NCBI GenBank assembly: GCA_040954595.2
Contig: CM082581.2
Span: 7,060,699-7,124,698, forward strand
Length of the DNA stretch: 64,000 nt
Source of the DNA: Balanoglossus misakiensis
Taxonomy: Eukaryota; Animalia; Hemichordata
Direction of reading: 5' to 3'
Shown here one piece after another: positions 50,401 to 62,982 of this stretch. The notes under the pieces were generated by a model, which worked only from the letters and a program-made list of their open reading frames with translations, was not told the DNA's origin and ran no database searches. How positions within the stretch are numbered: position 1 is the first letter of the stretch; the number at the start of each line of letters is the position of its first letter. Position numbers and translations under genes: made by a program.

Positions 50401-53400
50401 AGCAATATGAGTAATTGTCGCCAAAATAGCTGATTATTTAACATTTCGTGCTTGTTAACTTTAGAACCACATTAGTCATCGGAAATTTCATAACTTGCCC
50501 ATCTCTCCAAATCACCGTAATTTATGAGAATTATTTCTAACACTTTCGCGATCGATCGCGGCCATAAAATTGTTTTTCTTGCCTGCAGGAAATATTTGGG
50601 ATTTCTATTTTTATGCGACAAATACATGACGCATTTAGCCCCGACTGCACACACTCGAGAAATGCATTTACCAACGCGAAAATACTTGTAAAGAGGTGGC
50701 CGTTCCGTAAAAGCATACGAAGGTTGCCACGTTTGATCAAATGAATGGGGGAAAAAAACTAAGCGTAATTTAGTTTTATTGTCACAAAGGCACCATTGAC
50801 ATTTCACGCTAATCAAAATATATCCGCTCGCTTTCAGCCCGACGACAACTGACGAGTGTGTTTGCGGTGCGCGCGCGCAGTGACAAGCGCAGTGCAAACA
50901 GGTGAACTCGGGGAAAACAACCAGCGCACGTACGTTCGCTCTCAGTGATATCGACTCCAAACTCCACGTTGTCCATCATCGCGCTTGAAATAGACACAGA
51001 GAGATATTGCTTGGCAGATGGAGACGTTGAGATAGATGGTTATTGGTTTTGGTGCTACGTAATGCGCCGGGTGGAAGGTCGCGTGCTGTGGATGTTACGA
51101 GTTGTAATTTATAAAAGTCGATATATAAAAGAAATAAAGCGCCATCCCTTGCGGGAAACGACGTTTTTATAGATATAACATCGACGCATCCGTCGATTTG
51201 TTGCCATGACGACAGATGCGCAAAAAGCCAACGGACGATAGATCATTATCAAAGTGGTGAAAAAAAATCTTATTTCTTTTCAACAAGAAAGCCAATCGGT
51301 ATACATACCGAGCTATAAACAGGCGTTTTAATTGCATTTCTTATATTTCTGTATTTTATTTCCTCCGAGTTCATCGCTGGAAGCCGAAACGATGATATCC
51401 GATCGTCGAATCCCACACTTGCTAAAACCGCATTGCGACAAATCAGCTTCAAATCCAATATATCAATATCTGGAAATGTCATTATCTAGTGATTGTATTC
51501 CAGATTAGACTGATTGTCTTTCTAATTTGCGCCGCCAAAATAATCTACACGGTAGATACTATTTCCGTCAAATGTCAAATTTCGAACATGATGTGAACGA
51601 ATAAGAATAGGCCCTATATATATATATTTCGTGCGTGTGTGTGTTTTTTTTGCTGAAAACGCTAAACCATTTGCCGAAAGTATATCTATTTCAGGAAAGT
51701 TTTCATTAAAGCATATATCTTGATTCCGTTCTAATGCGAATTAAAAAATGAATGAAAATAATGTAATCACTATCTAAGCTAGTTAATACGATTATATTCG
51801 TTAGTTTTCCATGGGCACTGCCGTGACCCCTGACCTCAGTTATAATAAAACTACATTTGTACTATAAATAGAAAGACGAAGAGATTCAATGACGGGATCT
51901 TATTTTTATTTTTGCTAGCACTGAGGGACGACAGTATTAATGCACTCGTGCAATTAAGCAACATGAAATGATATCATTGTCTGTTTATTTGAGTGTGTGA
52001 GTGAGGGAGGGGGGGGGAGGAGAGAGAGAGAAGAGAGAGAGAGAGGGGGGGGGAGAGAGTGAGAGAGATGAGTCAGGTGTCTTGAAATAAAAAAACCTAA
52101 AAGACGTTGGTTAATTGTTGTGGTTTCACGGTAATAACAACTGGTCACATTTGTGGTTAATAGCTTACAGTGTGAGCGTCATGTTAACAGACGACAAGCG
52201 TCAGTCGATATCGTACGCGAAGGTGATTCACTTGAGTACAACGTACACATAATAAGATTAAGCCTCTTCTGATCTCTTCGCAGCAAAGATGGAATTTCTC
52301 ACAACGGGTGTCGGACTGGTCAGTATTAAAGGTGCGGCGTCTCGATACTTTTTGGCCATGAACGAGAACGGAAGACTTTACACAACAGTAAGTCTTTGTG
52401 TTTTATCTATATATAATTTGAACGAATATTTGAAGGAATATTAAAACTCTATCGTCAATAATTTGGGTGGGAAAGATTTGGTAGCGGGGATGATTCAACG
52501 CTTCGTGTGCCACAAGCATAAATTTCTTGGCCGTGGAAATGTTTTGTTTGGCTTCGTAGATGACTTTATTTTCTTTAATTGTAGCTTTTGGTCAAAGGTA
52601 ACGCAGTCAAGCGGCCATCATTGCATCGTAAAAGTCAATGGCCCATCAAAATATGCGTATACAAGTCAAAACGCCCCTTATACATGCTCCGAGTACACCG
52701 ATAAAGTTGACAGTCATATCAACGAGAGCAGCAAGACAGGGTAGTTTACTTAGATCACCCTACAGAAAAAAAATCAGGGCGAACAGCTTCCAGTGAACGT
52801 GATAACCCACGATGAAAAGCCAGGACACAAAAGCTTAACCCTAAACCCATTAAACACTTGTAGGTTGTAACCCCAGTTAAATGTTCGCGCCTTTCAATAA
52901 CAACCATGACGTCGTCTGCTCCGTGATCGTCCAGTCACAAACACTTGCCTTTTCCCCCACATATAAACTAAATATGCTCCTGTGTTTTGAAAAAATATGG
53001 AGACAAGAGTAAATTAGAGTTGGAAAGGGTGGCGAAAAACCGCCATCATCAGTAGGTCAGAATTGTAGGTTATCTGATATCGTTCTCAGGCAGACAAATT
53101 CTTTTCTCCTGCATTTAGCGTTATGGGTTGTAAACGACGTTTAGCGAATCGTTGAATATTCCATAATCTCAATTGTTGTGCAAATACTCCATCAGACCGA
53201 CGTAATTGGCATTGACTAATATTTGATTGGGACGTTCCAATAAACGCATTCACTTGAAAATGCCAAGAGCAATAACGTTCAACAGGCACATCAGTTCTCG
53301 AGCATCGATTGGCTCTCCTCGTCAGTAAAATTGCATGCTGCCTGAAGCATTGCTCCCAACGTGTGAAAATCAATTTTAAAATGGCCTCTGAGTCAGAAGT

Positions 53401-54195
53401 TGCTTTATTTCGCTGCAATCGATTTCCAGAAGAAGGTTATCCAAATAATGTATCATTCATTAATTTGATAACTTGACCGTACCGTGATATCAGCGCAAAA
53501 AAAAAAACATAAAATTGGATTGTAAAAGCACCTGTCGGTCTGAGACGACATTTTGAGTTCGCCAAGTAGCGAATGTGATGATTTGGTATTCAAAGTAATA
53601 CATTCAGTAAGATTGCACCGAGGCAATCTGGCAAAACTTGAACTGTTCTAAATTGAAGAATGAAGGTAATCGTCGATGTCACAGTCTCCGCCGGCAACCT
53701 GAAGTAACTAATTCGCGGCCACACTATGATAGAAATCGGGAAGGTTTTTTTTAACGAAACGGGGCGTGTAAACCATGCAAATGAAATGAAAAGCCGGACT
53801 GGCTGCCACATTGGATTTTGTAGCAAAACGAAATGCCGGTTTATCTAGATTTTTGATGACGTGGGGTTTTTGTATATAATGATTTGTCGAGGAAATTTGC
53901 TCCGGAACTTTGTTCAGCTAATTTCTTTCGTATGCGGCAGCCTTACTGTGAAATGTCAGCCACATCAATAATTCTTTCGATTTCCTTTCTACAGACACGT
54001 CTACACAACGACAATCTTTTCCGCGAAAGTATAGAAGACGGATACCGCGTCTACGCCTCCGACCGCCACCCGGACGCCGAGCCATCGTCCGAGAACTGGT
54101 ACCTCTCGATCGACAGGCGAGGGCGGCCGAAGAAGAGCGAGTACAAGTGCAAGAGCAGCTCCCAGTTTCTCCCGCGGCCCGTGAACGGGGCGTGA
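47481..54195 (+). CDS. Secreted fibroblast growth factor, 3 exons (47481-47796, 52284-52387, 53995-54195), 206 aa; subfamily unresolved
   Basis: Signal peptide MEAYISTVIAAAAAVLLFLAQCKSVEA. Core LYSRTRWNLQILADGKVSAT, GLVSIKGAASRYFLAMNENGRLY, GYRVYAS, WYLSIDRRGRP, QFLP. Canonical FGF gene structure with a 104-nt middle exon and phase 1 / phase 0 introns. Confidence 0.95.
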
Positions 54196-54966
54196 AAGTT
54201 CGCCCGCACACGTGACATGGGAGTGGTACAATGGCCAGATGTGCTGACAACGTGGACGAACCAATGACAACGCGATCGGCCCCGCCAGAGAGCTGTGACT
54301 GAAGCGTTTGACTCCCGCACAAGTGACTCTTCAGTTGACGTCGAAGAATTGGTTTGTCTGGGCGCCGTGGCCGGTGGTGGCAATTCACGTGACAAGCATC
54401 GGCCACGCGCGCCGCACGAGCGAGTCCAAAAAAGAAGAAGAAGACAACAACATCTCATGTCAATCGCCCTGTAACCTGAATAGAAAATAAATGACACAGA
54501 TGCCAGTCCAGGCAGATACGTCGGAGAAACTTTTATTTTCTAAAATAGCAGGTGACTTCAATATCAAAAGGTGTTAATACACATGTTTTGCAACTCGACA
54601 CAAGGCGCTTGTTTATAGAGTATACGGCGAAATGTTTATATTTGCTTTAATGAAGAACTATACACAGCAAGTGTCCCTAATAGGGATCTATCTTAATGTG
54701 ACGTCATCGTTCTTTTCGAGGTTTTGTGATAATGCTTTCTGTTGGTGTATATCTTTGTGGCGTTGCGTGGAATTCGTGTTTGCCTTAGCTTCTCTGACAT
54801 GTCCATGTAAAGGTCTTTTGATGGTATTTTTCAATAATTTTTAATTACCGTTTTCTAAATTTGTTAATTCCTTATCAACTATCAATAAGACGATTTCCGA
54901 AAGAGTTTTTGTAAGATACAATTGCTATTTATATAGTCTTGCACATTTTCTATTCCATAAACTGTA

Positions 54967-54972
54967 AATAAA
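54967..54972 (+). terminator. Candidate polyadenylation signal of the FGF
   Basis: AATAAA ~770 nt after the stop, at the end of a U-rich tract containing TATTTAT elements. Confidence 0.5.
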
Positions 54973-57900
54973 TTTAAAAAATAGAAAAGAAAAGATGCTA
55001 CGGCTACTCTTTCTTCGGTTGGTTTCCCCCCATTATTTACGAAGGTTAAAAGTTACCAGGCACAGTTAAGAAACCACGGAGGCACACGTAGGCGACCGTC
55101 GTGGCGTTAGGTATATACAGCACACTCATAAAAGGGTAAAATGTCCTGCATATATTTTTCGTCGCGTGAGATATCCCACCTTGGTTAAAACATGCCTCGC
55201 GCATTGTTCAATATGCAAAATTGGTGTCAAGATATTGCTAGTGTGTCACAGATGCAGTCGTCATAACGGTTGTCCTTATATGGGCATATGCGAAAGTGGG
55301 GTACGATGTGAAAAGTGGCACGTCCCTTGCCAAAAGGCGCGAAAACCATCTCAGAGGCAAACTTTGCTGATTTATGCCGAATCAACATCCAGAATTGACA
55401 CCTGTGACACATTTGTAGCCGTGAAGTGCGCACACAGCGACGTTTGATGACTCAGTTTCGCCTGTGCGCTTCTGTGCAAGGCGTCGATTATACTGCCATT
55501 AAAACTACTTGAAAATCGGATTAACAGATTTATTGTGAAAGAAAAGGGTTTCTGACATATGTGCAGAACTTGTCTTTTGAGCTGGAAATAATTAGCAGTG
55601 TTATGAGAAAATGACGTTTAAAATGACATTTTCACTGGCGCCCCCTTAAACTGCTCTGTGTGAGTCAAAAAACCCTCGAGCAATTAGCTCTGGCTTTTAC
55701 GCGGCCTCGTATTTTAAAGGGCTTGTCGAAGTATGGTTATGTCGTAACAAGCATGTGAATTTTAAGGCTGCATTCAAAAATATTAAACAAGGGGGTAAAA
55801 TATTGAAGATGGACATGAAATCAAATAAACTATTCATTTTGAGGGAAGGGTGGTTGAGGGGGAAGGGAGGAAATTAAAAATAATATTGCCCCGTGGTAGA
55901 TGCTAGGGGTGGAAATAGTCTAGAGTCCAGACTCTTGTTTTCGTAGTCAGATAACAGGCATGATCGCATCCTTTTTTCACTTGGCATCATTTGGCATTCG
56001 AGCAAGCTCCACTCCAATAATCGGAATCATCGAGGGCTGAGCCTTTAGCAGTGAAGCGTGCAACAATTTGAACGTCTCGTATAGTGGATGAGCGAATCCC
56101 AATCGGATGCGCGTCGTGCGATCGCGTGATCATCGGAAGACATAGGATGAAACATTCGTATAAATCGCGGTTATTTATAGCCGGGACGGTCTTATTGAAT
56201 TGGAAGTAAAGCAGAGATAAGTGAGCTTTTTGGCAATAAACTCCAATTAAACCTCCATAACGGGAGAAGCGATCGTGTTGTGCAACGCGATAAATTTGCC
56301 ACGACTGTCTGCGCTGATTTATGGCGGCGCATCGGATGATTGTTATCTATGTGTAATGGAAGGTAAGATGCTGGCAGAAGCATGATCCTGCCATCATCTG
56401 GCTTAGCTCACATCTCGTTTTCAGTGCTTCTCCGGCTCCCCCCTCTCTTTTTTCCACCTTGAGTGGGTCACCATCCCCGAGATAAATCAAAACTTAATAG
56501 GTCAGATAACGAGAGGAATAGATGCTGCGACGCTCGCACACGCGCGCGCGACCCTCCAAAGTACGGAGAGCCTTTGGCCCCGACTGCGCGCGGCCCGAAA
56601 GCAGATCCCGGCGGCACAGAGTGTAAAAGCTGGTGGTCACGTTTTTCGTGGAGGGGGCGCGTGCGGGTTAGATGTGGTCGTGAACCGTTGTTCAGGCACG
56701 TTTGTTTTATTCGCCTGTTTCATATTTTGTGAGCACAAGATGCAATCAGACACTACTGCAGCGTCGTAATGATGGCTTCTATGTTTTTAAGTAGACGCCT
56801 GTCAATTATTTATGAGTTCGTTCGTTGTTGAGGCCAGAAGGGCCAGGCTGTGGTTTAGGGTGGAACGCGTGGTGCAGGTAGACGCCACAAAGTTGGTTGG
56901 AAATCATCGAATATAAATACTTGATTTTTTTACAGTGACTTTCATTAATCACTGTGCACAGCGGGCGTTTTCGTGGGAATTGAACTGAATAGGGACTTTT
57001 AAAAACTCACAATGTATTTTGATTGGAATAACTCACTGCATGCGTGTCAAGTTCATTTGCGCATCGAAGCAGTGATGGGGAAATTGTTCCGCTAATAACC
57101 GGGCAGCCGGTGGCCCCAACACAGTCACTGTGCTCCCATGCTTACCGTTGGAATTCATGGGTCAGTGCGTAATCCCATTTATCGGAACATAGCCAAGAAT
57201 TTCCCAAAGCGTGCAAACCAGAAACCACTCAGAATAGATAAACGTGACAATGATTTTAAAACTCTCCCAAATCAATACTCCGATCGACATATGTTAATAA
57301 TTGTTGCCTTGCAGTATGGCTCACTTGACACATGAGTAAGCTACACATTTCAATTCTTCTTCAATAGTCCGATTTTGATTGGTTGATTGTCATTCAATTC
57401 TATTCTTTTCTATTCTACATCATTATTATATCTTTGTATATTTTACGTTCATTTATGGGTCTGAGCTATCATTACACTACTGAATGTAAATACCCCCCCC
57501 CCCAGCAAATTACATATCGGTACACCGTTCCCTATTTCGTCACTGTGTACACAGATCTGCAATGGGAATGACGCCCTCAAGTGCTCATCGCAGTTTCAAG
57601 TACGACACATTAAGTAGTTCACGGTTCAAAACAAGTCGGCCCAACATAAGGCATATACTCAAAAAGTACGATCGCGACTTACATATAAGGTTATTTAAAT
57701 ACCCTCTATATTTATCCTACTTCACGAACCCCACCCGACACAGTTACGTGCTGACACGCAAAGTACATCAGATGAACTTCAGTGAAATTATTAACTGGCA
57801 GTTTTATCCAGTCGGCATTTTTAGGGATAAAATCCATTTTATAACAATAATTAAGTGAGAGACGATAAATAGTTACAAGAAAACAAATCTTATTCGATCT

Positions 57901-59817
57901 CTCAGGAATCAATTACTCTTAGAAGTACAATCATTTTCTGATGTCAGATTCCTTGTAAAATAATACAACAAACAATAAATTCAGAAATGTCATAGGCCTA
58001 ATTACGTATTCATAATGGTAAGCCGAGAAAGATTGAATATAGCTTAATAGTCCGTTTCTAGCATTTCTAAATCTATTTATGTTTTAATATTTATTATTTG
58101 AACAGGATTATTATTCCATATCTTTACATCAACTAACTTGTAAAGGACTGCCCTACAATAGTTCTATGCTTTAGAACCTGGACAACGCGTGCTTGAGTCT
58201 CCAATGAATGATGTTCACGCATTTTGAACAATTAACGTGGGACGTCACTTGACTGTGAAGTATAGGGGTGTCGTGATGCCAGGCACGAGCCTCGGGGGTC
58301 AAAGTAATTCAACGCCTTAAAGATATCTATAAATAAACTATTTATATCACGTCGAGTAGGTCACTAAAAGAGCTTGCACTCAACCCATAATCGAACGGAT
58401 ACGTCGTTGGGTGCTGACATTAATGACAATGAAAATTCTTTTTCGTTAGAACAGACATTTCAGATCAGTACAGTATTTTTCTTCTTAGTTGGACTCTAAT
58501 GGTATGCCCAGTCCTGGCCGAGATGAATGTGTGGCATTTTGAAAATGGGTGGCCAGTTTGTGATTGGGGTGGGCTAGAAATCTTAACTTATTGTTATTAC
58601 ACCTTTCTAGCACTTACCACATCATTCCAATGCATTTCTTAGGAGCCGAAACCGTTAAATTCTAAAACCCATTTACCAGTAAAGGTAAAATCTATATACG
58701 TCACTAATCATGCTAATGCCATGACATTACGTCTATGTTACGATGAGTGTACGTCACATGTTTGGACGTGGTTACTGTTTCACTTCTACAATAACTGCGG
58801 TTGCGCAGGGAATAACTGACAATCCGACGAGGATTAACTTTCTCCGGCCGGCCCATGGGGTGCGTTTATGTTCTAGCAAGCCAAGGTAACATCTTAGACA
58901 GTAGAAATGCTTTCTCTAAACGGTTACACCCTAGACTACAGTACACCCAGGGAGGTTGAGTTACAAAGAGGTGGTGCTGGTTTGATGATATAATTGGTTG
59001 ACTTCCTAAAAGTGCAGTATCTTTTATCCCGCCGATTAAATTTGATATAATAGAGTGTTGCCGGGAAAACGTTAAGTAGGCGAGAACTTTGGAAGCAAAT
59101 TTCAATATCTCAATAACTTATCATATGAGAGGAAGTAAACCGGACTATCCACAATGAATGGCTATATTTCCGGAATCATTTTTAGTTGACGACAATCTTA
59201 TTATCGTGTGATTGACGTTTGACATTTCCAACGGACGACGGTGTTTGCTTTAATTTCAATCGAGCAAATTTTCTATAAATAGTTCATTTCATTGATATTT
59301 AGTACTGAAGTAGGGTGGTTTAAGAGGCTGCATGAATTCGTGAGCGCCCCCTCAATTTGGTATAGGATTTACTGTCGTTTTCTTAGTTAAATCCCTCAGA
59401 CAGGCGACAAGTCATTATGTAACAGGGGACTGTTATTTTTGGTAATTTAAACTGTGGTCCCTCCAGGGACCGTGTTTAAACGAACAAGATACACTATCTC
59501 ATGATTATTGTCACTATCAATATTAATATCGTCTACTCAAATACGTGGAAACGCCTTTGTATCTTGATCTTGCACGTTTGAACATCTGTCAAGGTGGCCT
59601 GCTTGCTTTAGGTCGACGTACTTGTCTAAATAGATCGCTGGTGGCGCTGTTACACGCGTCAATTTATGTGTGCCAAAACCCCGATAATCACGTTGAAAGA
59701 ATGGAAGCGAAAACAGAAGTCGACGGACTGGAGTCTATGTGATGTGCTTAATAATTTAAAACCAATCAAATTAAAACATATCTCTTCAGATAAATTTTGT
59801 ATTTGTTTCTATTACAG

Positions 59818-60052
59818 GGCAAAATCCACGCTCATCAAAATTCAAACATGTGATCAGCCACGACGAAGTTGTATCAGAATCGAGCACAGGTGCTTTTGGA
59901 CTCGGCGAAACTTGTGCCCAATTTTGCAGTCGCTCTGCCAGAGCAAAGCCGCGGAGATGTCAAGACACCAAACCGAACTCTTACGACTTCGTGGACATGT
60001 GGGAATGGGGCGGACAGGCCGAGAATTGTGGAGAATCCCAATCGGGGGAAAG
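59818..60052 (+). other. Orphan exon-like segment (235 nt)
   Basis: Strong acceptor tttgtatttgtttctattacag and donor AAG|gtaagc. GC-richer than its flanks and open in two frames, with no recognisable domain. Confidence 0.4.
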
Positions 60053-60710
60053 GTAAGCGGCCCTTGCCATACACACACATGACACCCCAGTGGGTTAAAG
60101 GTGAAGCGCGTGTCAGAGACCGTCTGAGTGGATTACAGACAGAAATGACGCGGGACCTTTGTGACAAGTGAAATGTTTTTGTAAGTCCACTCGCGGAGTG
60201 TAATAATGTTGACGTTGTGTGACGCAGACGGGGGCATTGGGCAAAGAAGATCGGAAAGAGGAATTTTCAGAGGTTTGTGTGTTGAAGTCACGCAAAAGAG
60301 ACACGGACAAAAGAACTGAGACGAAATCCGCAGGTTTCGACTGACGCACACGGCGTGCGTAGAATTCTTCCACCACGAGTCGCACCGACTAATTGCCAGG
60401 TGGCTGTAAATTGGCCCAGTGAATAGCCAAAGAGTATCGGCCATTCAAGTCAACGAACCTCAGCGATTTGACTTAATTAGGATTACGCAATGTGACACCG
60501 GGGAGGAGGGGGGGGGGTAAACGACCTGGATTCGGGACAGAGGCAAATGAGAACGCGACAGAAAAATGAAAGTAAAATACATGTAAAACAAGAAAAATGA
60601 TTATGTAAAATGTAGGAAGCGATAACAGGTATATGATATGAATGGGTTTGTAGCGAAACCGATAGTGAAATTTGCCTGAAGATTAGAGGCCAAAATGACG
60701 ACCACCACTG

Positions 60711-60751
60711 AAACAAAACAAAGTAAAACAAAGTAAAACAAAGTAAAACAA
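60711..60751. repeat. 10-bp tandem repeat (AAAACAAAGT)x~3.5
   Basis: aaaacaaagtaaaacaaagtaaaacaaagtaaaacaa read directly. Confidence 0.85.
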
Positions 60752-62119
60752 TACAGCGTATACGAATTAACAAGATAAAACAGCCTTGTTAGAATACCCA
60801 ATGTGCTCAAACGAGGCCCTTTTTCTCAGTAGGGGAGGAACTTGTTCTAAGCGCATTAAGAAATGATGGGACTTCCTCCGATGATCAATTTTCGAAATAA
60901 AGAAAACATAATAACATTGGCAATAACAACTTCTGCGTAGAGGTGAGCTATTTATGAATAATTAACGGTAAGAAGGATGCTGTGACGCGATATTTAACAC
61001 TTCGATGAGTTTTCGACCGAATTCAGACTTGTAGGACAATGTCCAGGTCGATCTCATTCCTCAATACACGCTGCGTGCAGGGTTGTTACAGCTGCAGCAC
61101 AAACCGAACGAGGCACCTGCAGAAAAAAAAAACAGTGTCGTAAAATACTCGGCTCGCAGTCACGTTGAAGCGCAGGCTACTGTCTGTGGTTTATGTCACG
61201 CGTTGGATCACGCGTCGCTCGGTTGGACGCAGTGTGGCTTTAATCGATTTCCTTATCAGATACTGACGTACAGCTTGTGTAATCGCCATTCATCTGTCTT
61301 TATCGGTGAACGGAGCTAGTCGTAAACTTTCTGCCTGGATGGTTTTATGCCATCTTCAATGCCATTTACTGTTAGAATGCATCTGTGCGGATATTCTATG
61401 CGGCTGTACAAACTCCATTGTATCATGTATGTATGTATGTGTACATGTACATCAGACCAATATGCAATATTATTTGCTGGAAATATTTTAATCAAAGAAA
61501 GATCTGGTTTAACATAATGATCGACAATTTACAAATAAATCTCCATAAAATGAATAATGAAGCAAATGTCTTTCAATATATTTCATATTATTTTCATAAT
61601 TCTTAACTAAATGAAATTGTATCGAAATATTTTACTTGTCGAGTAAATAAGTTGTTCTCTGACCCCATTTTAGTTTTTGAATTGCCACCTTATAATCCAT
61701 GACATCATATGACAGTCCTTGGTATTTTGTTCATTCGGCGGACCACCGAATATGGCGTCAAGGCTTTCTCTCTCTGTGTTGTGTCTTGGCCACTTTTCTA
61801 ACCTCGGGACCGAATCTTTCGAAAGGTGTTGTCTCTCATATTAACCCAGTGTTCGTTAATAACTGATTAGTTATGTACTAGTAAATTCACTTTAGTGTAA
61901 AGTTTTTAATGTTGTCTTCGATGGTGATTGAAACATGCTTTCAATATTTTGTTCTTCGGATCGGACATGGATATGTCTTTGTGCGCTGATCAGGTTGGTG
62001 TACCATCCTCGATATTTCGACTCTGTTGCATTTCATTAGGAGGTACTACCATAGTTTCCAGGATATTTTGAAACGCAGGCCTGGGTCACATGGTAAGTGT
62101 CATGTGGTTAATGCCTCGA

Positions 62120-62589
62120 CTACGAAGTCGAGGAAATGTGGGGAAGGATGACGTCCGGAGCCCGCCACCTCTCGCTTTCAATGTTCACCAACCACTTCTC
62201 GATTCTCGACTCGGGGGTCTCGGGTTCCCTCTGGTATTCCGGCGTTTCGTCGATGACGGTCTCTCTGATCGGGAGAACGATTCCCTCGTCGGTGTCGTTG
62301 TCGTCGTCGTCAGCGGTTTGGCCCCATTCGTCTCCCCCGTCTTCCTCCGGGATGCCGGATTTCACGATGCAGTCGTTCTGAAGGCAGCCACCGCCGACTA
62401 GACAGTTATCACTAGGCTGTCGCCTGGTGGTGATGTCACCGCTGGAGCTCTGCCGAATTTGCTCCACGAAATGTTCTGTGTCATCGGCCAAGTTCTCTTG
62501 ACCTTTGCAAACTTCGTTGAGAGATTGCCTGATCTTTTCCAACACAAGAACATCGTGTCCGTTGGTGTGCATGTAGTTATTATTTGACA
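62120..62589 (-). CDS. Terminal coding exon of an unidentified gene (acidic, low-complexity, ~155 aa)
   Basis: Acceptor ttttccttttcag| at 62590 with phase-1 entry; open to TAG at 62120-62122. GC-rich codon usage like other exons in the window. Ends RIEKWLVNIESERWRAPDVILPHISSTS. Upstream exons were not located. Confidence 0.65.
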
Positions 62590-62957
62590 CTGAAAAGGAA
62601 AATAGGAAAATATTTTAAACAAAGCAGTGCGCAAAAAAGGGACATTTTCATTGTTACATCTGCAGGGTCTCAACTTGGTCTTGAACGGAAAGGCGGCTTT
62701 TCAACGAAAGGATTAACGGAATCACAATAGGCGTCAACTTCACGGTCACGGAGCAGACAACAATGTCAAGGAATCCAATTACAACTTATGCGGCCAATGT
62801 TTGCAACATCCAAGGCGGTTTAGAAGGCCGCAGAATTAAAAATTTAAATTTTAAAACAGTTAGCAAAATCAGATATGTTAATTTTGTTCATTGCGTGGAC
62901 CGTTAAGGTCCTCGACTTGCAAACTAGGTAAACCTAATCGAGGGAAAAATACAAGCT

Positions 62958-62982
62958 GTGTTTGTTTGTTTGTTTGTTTGTT
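62958..62982. repeat. (TTTG)n microsatellite
   Basis: tgtttgtttgtttgtttgtttgtt read directly. Confidence 0.85.
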
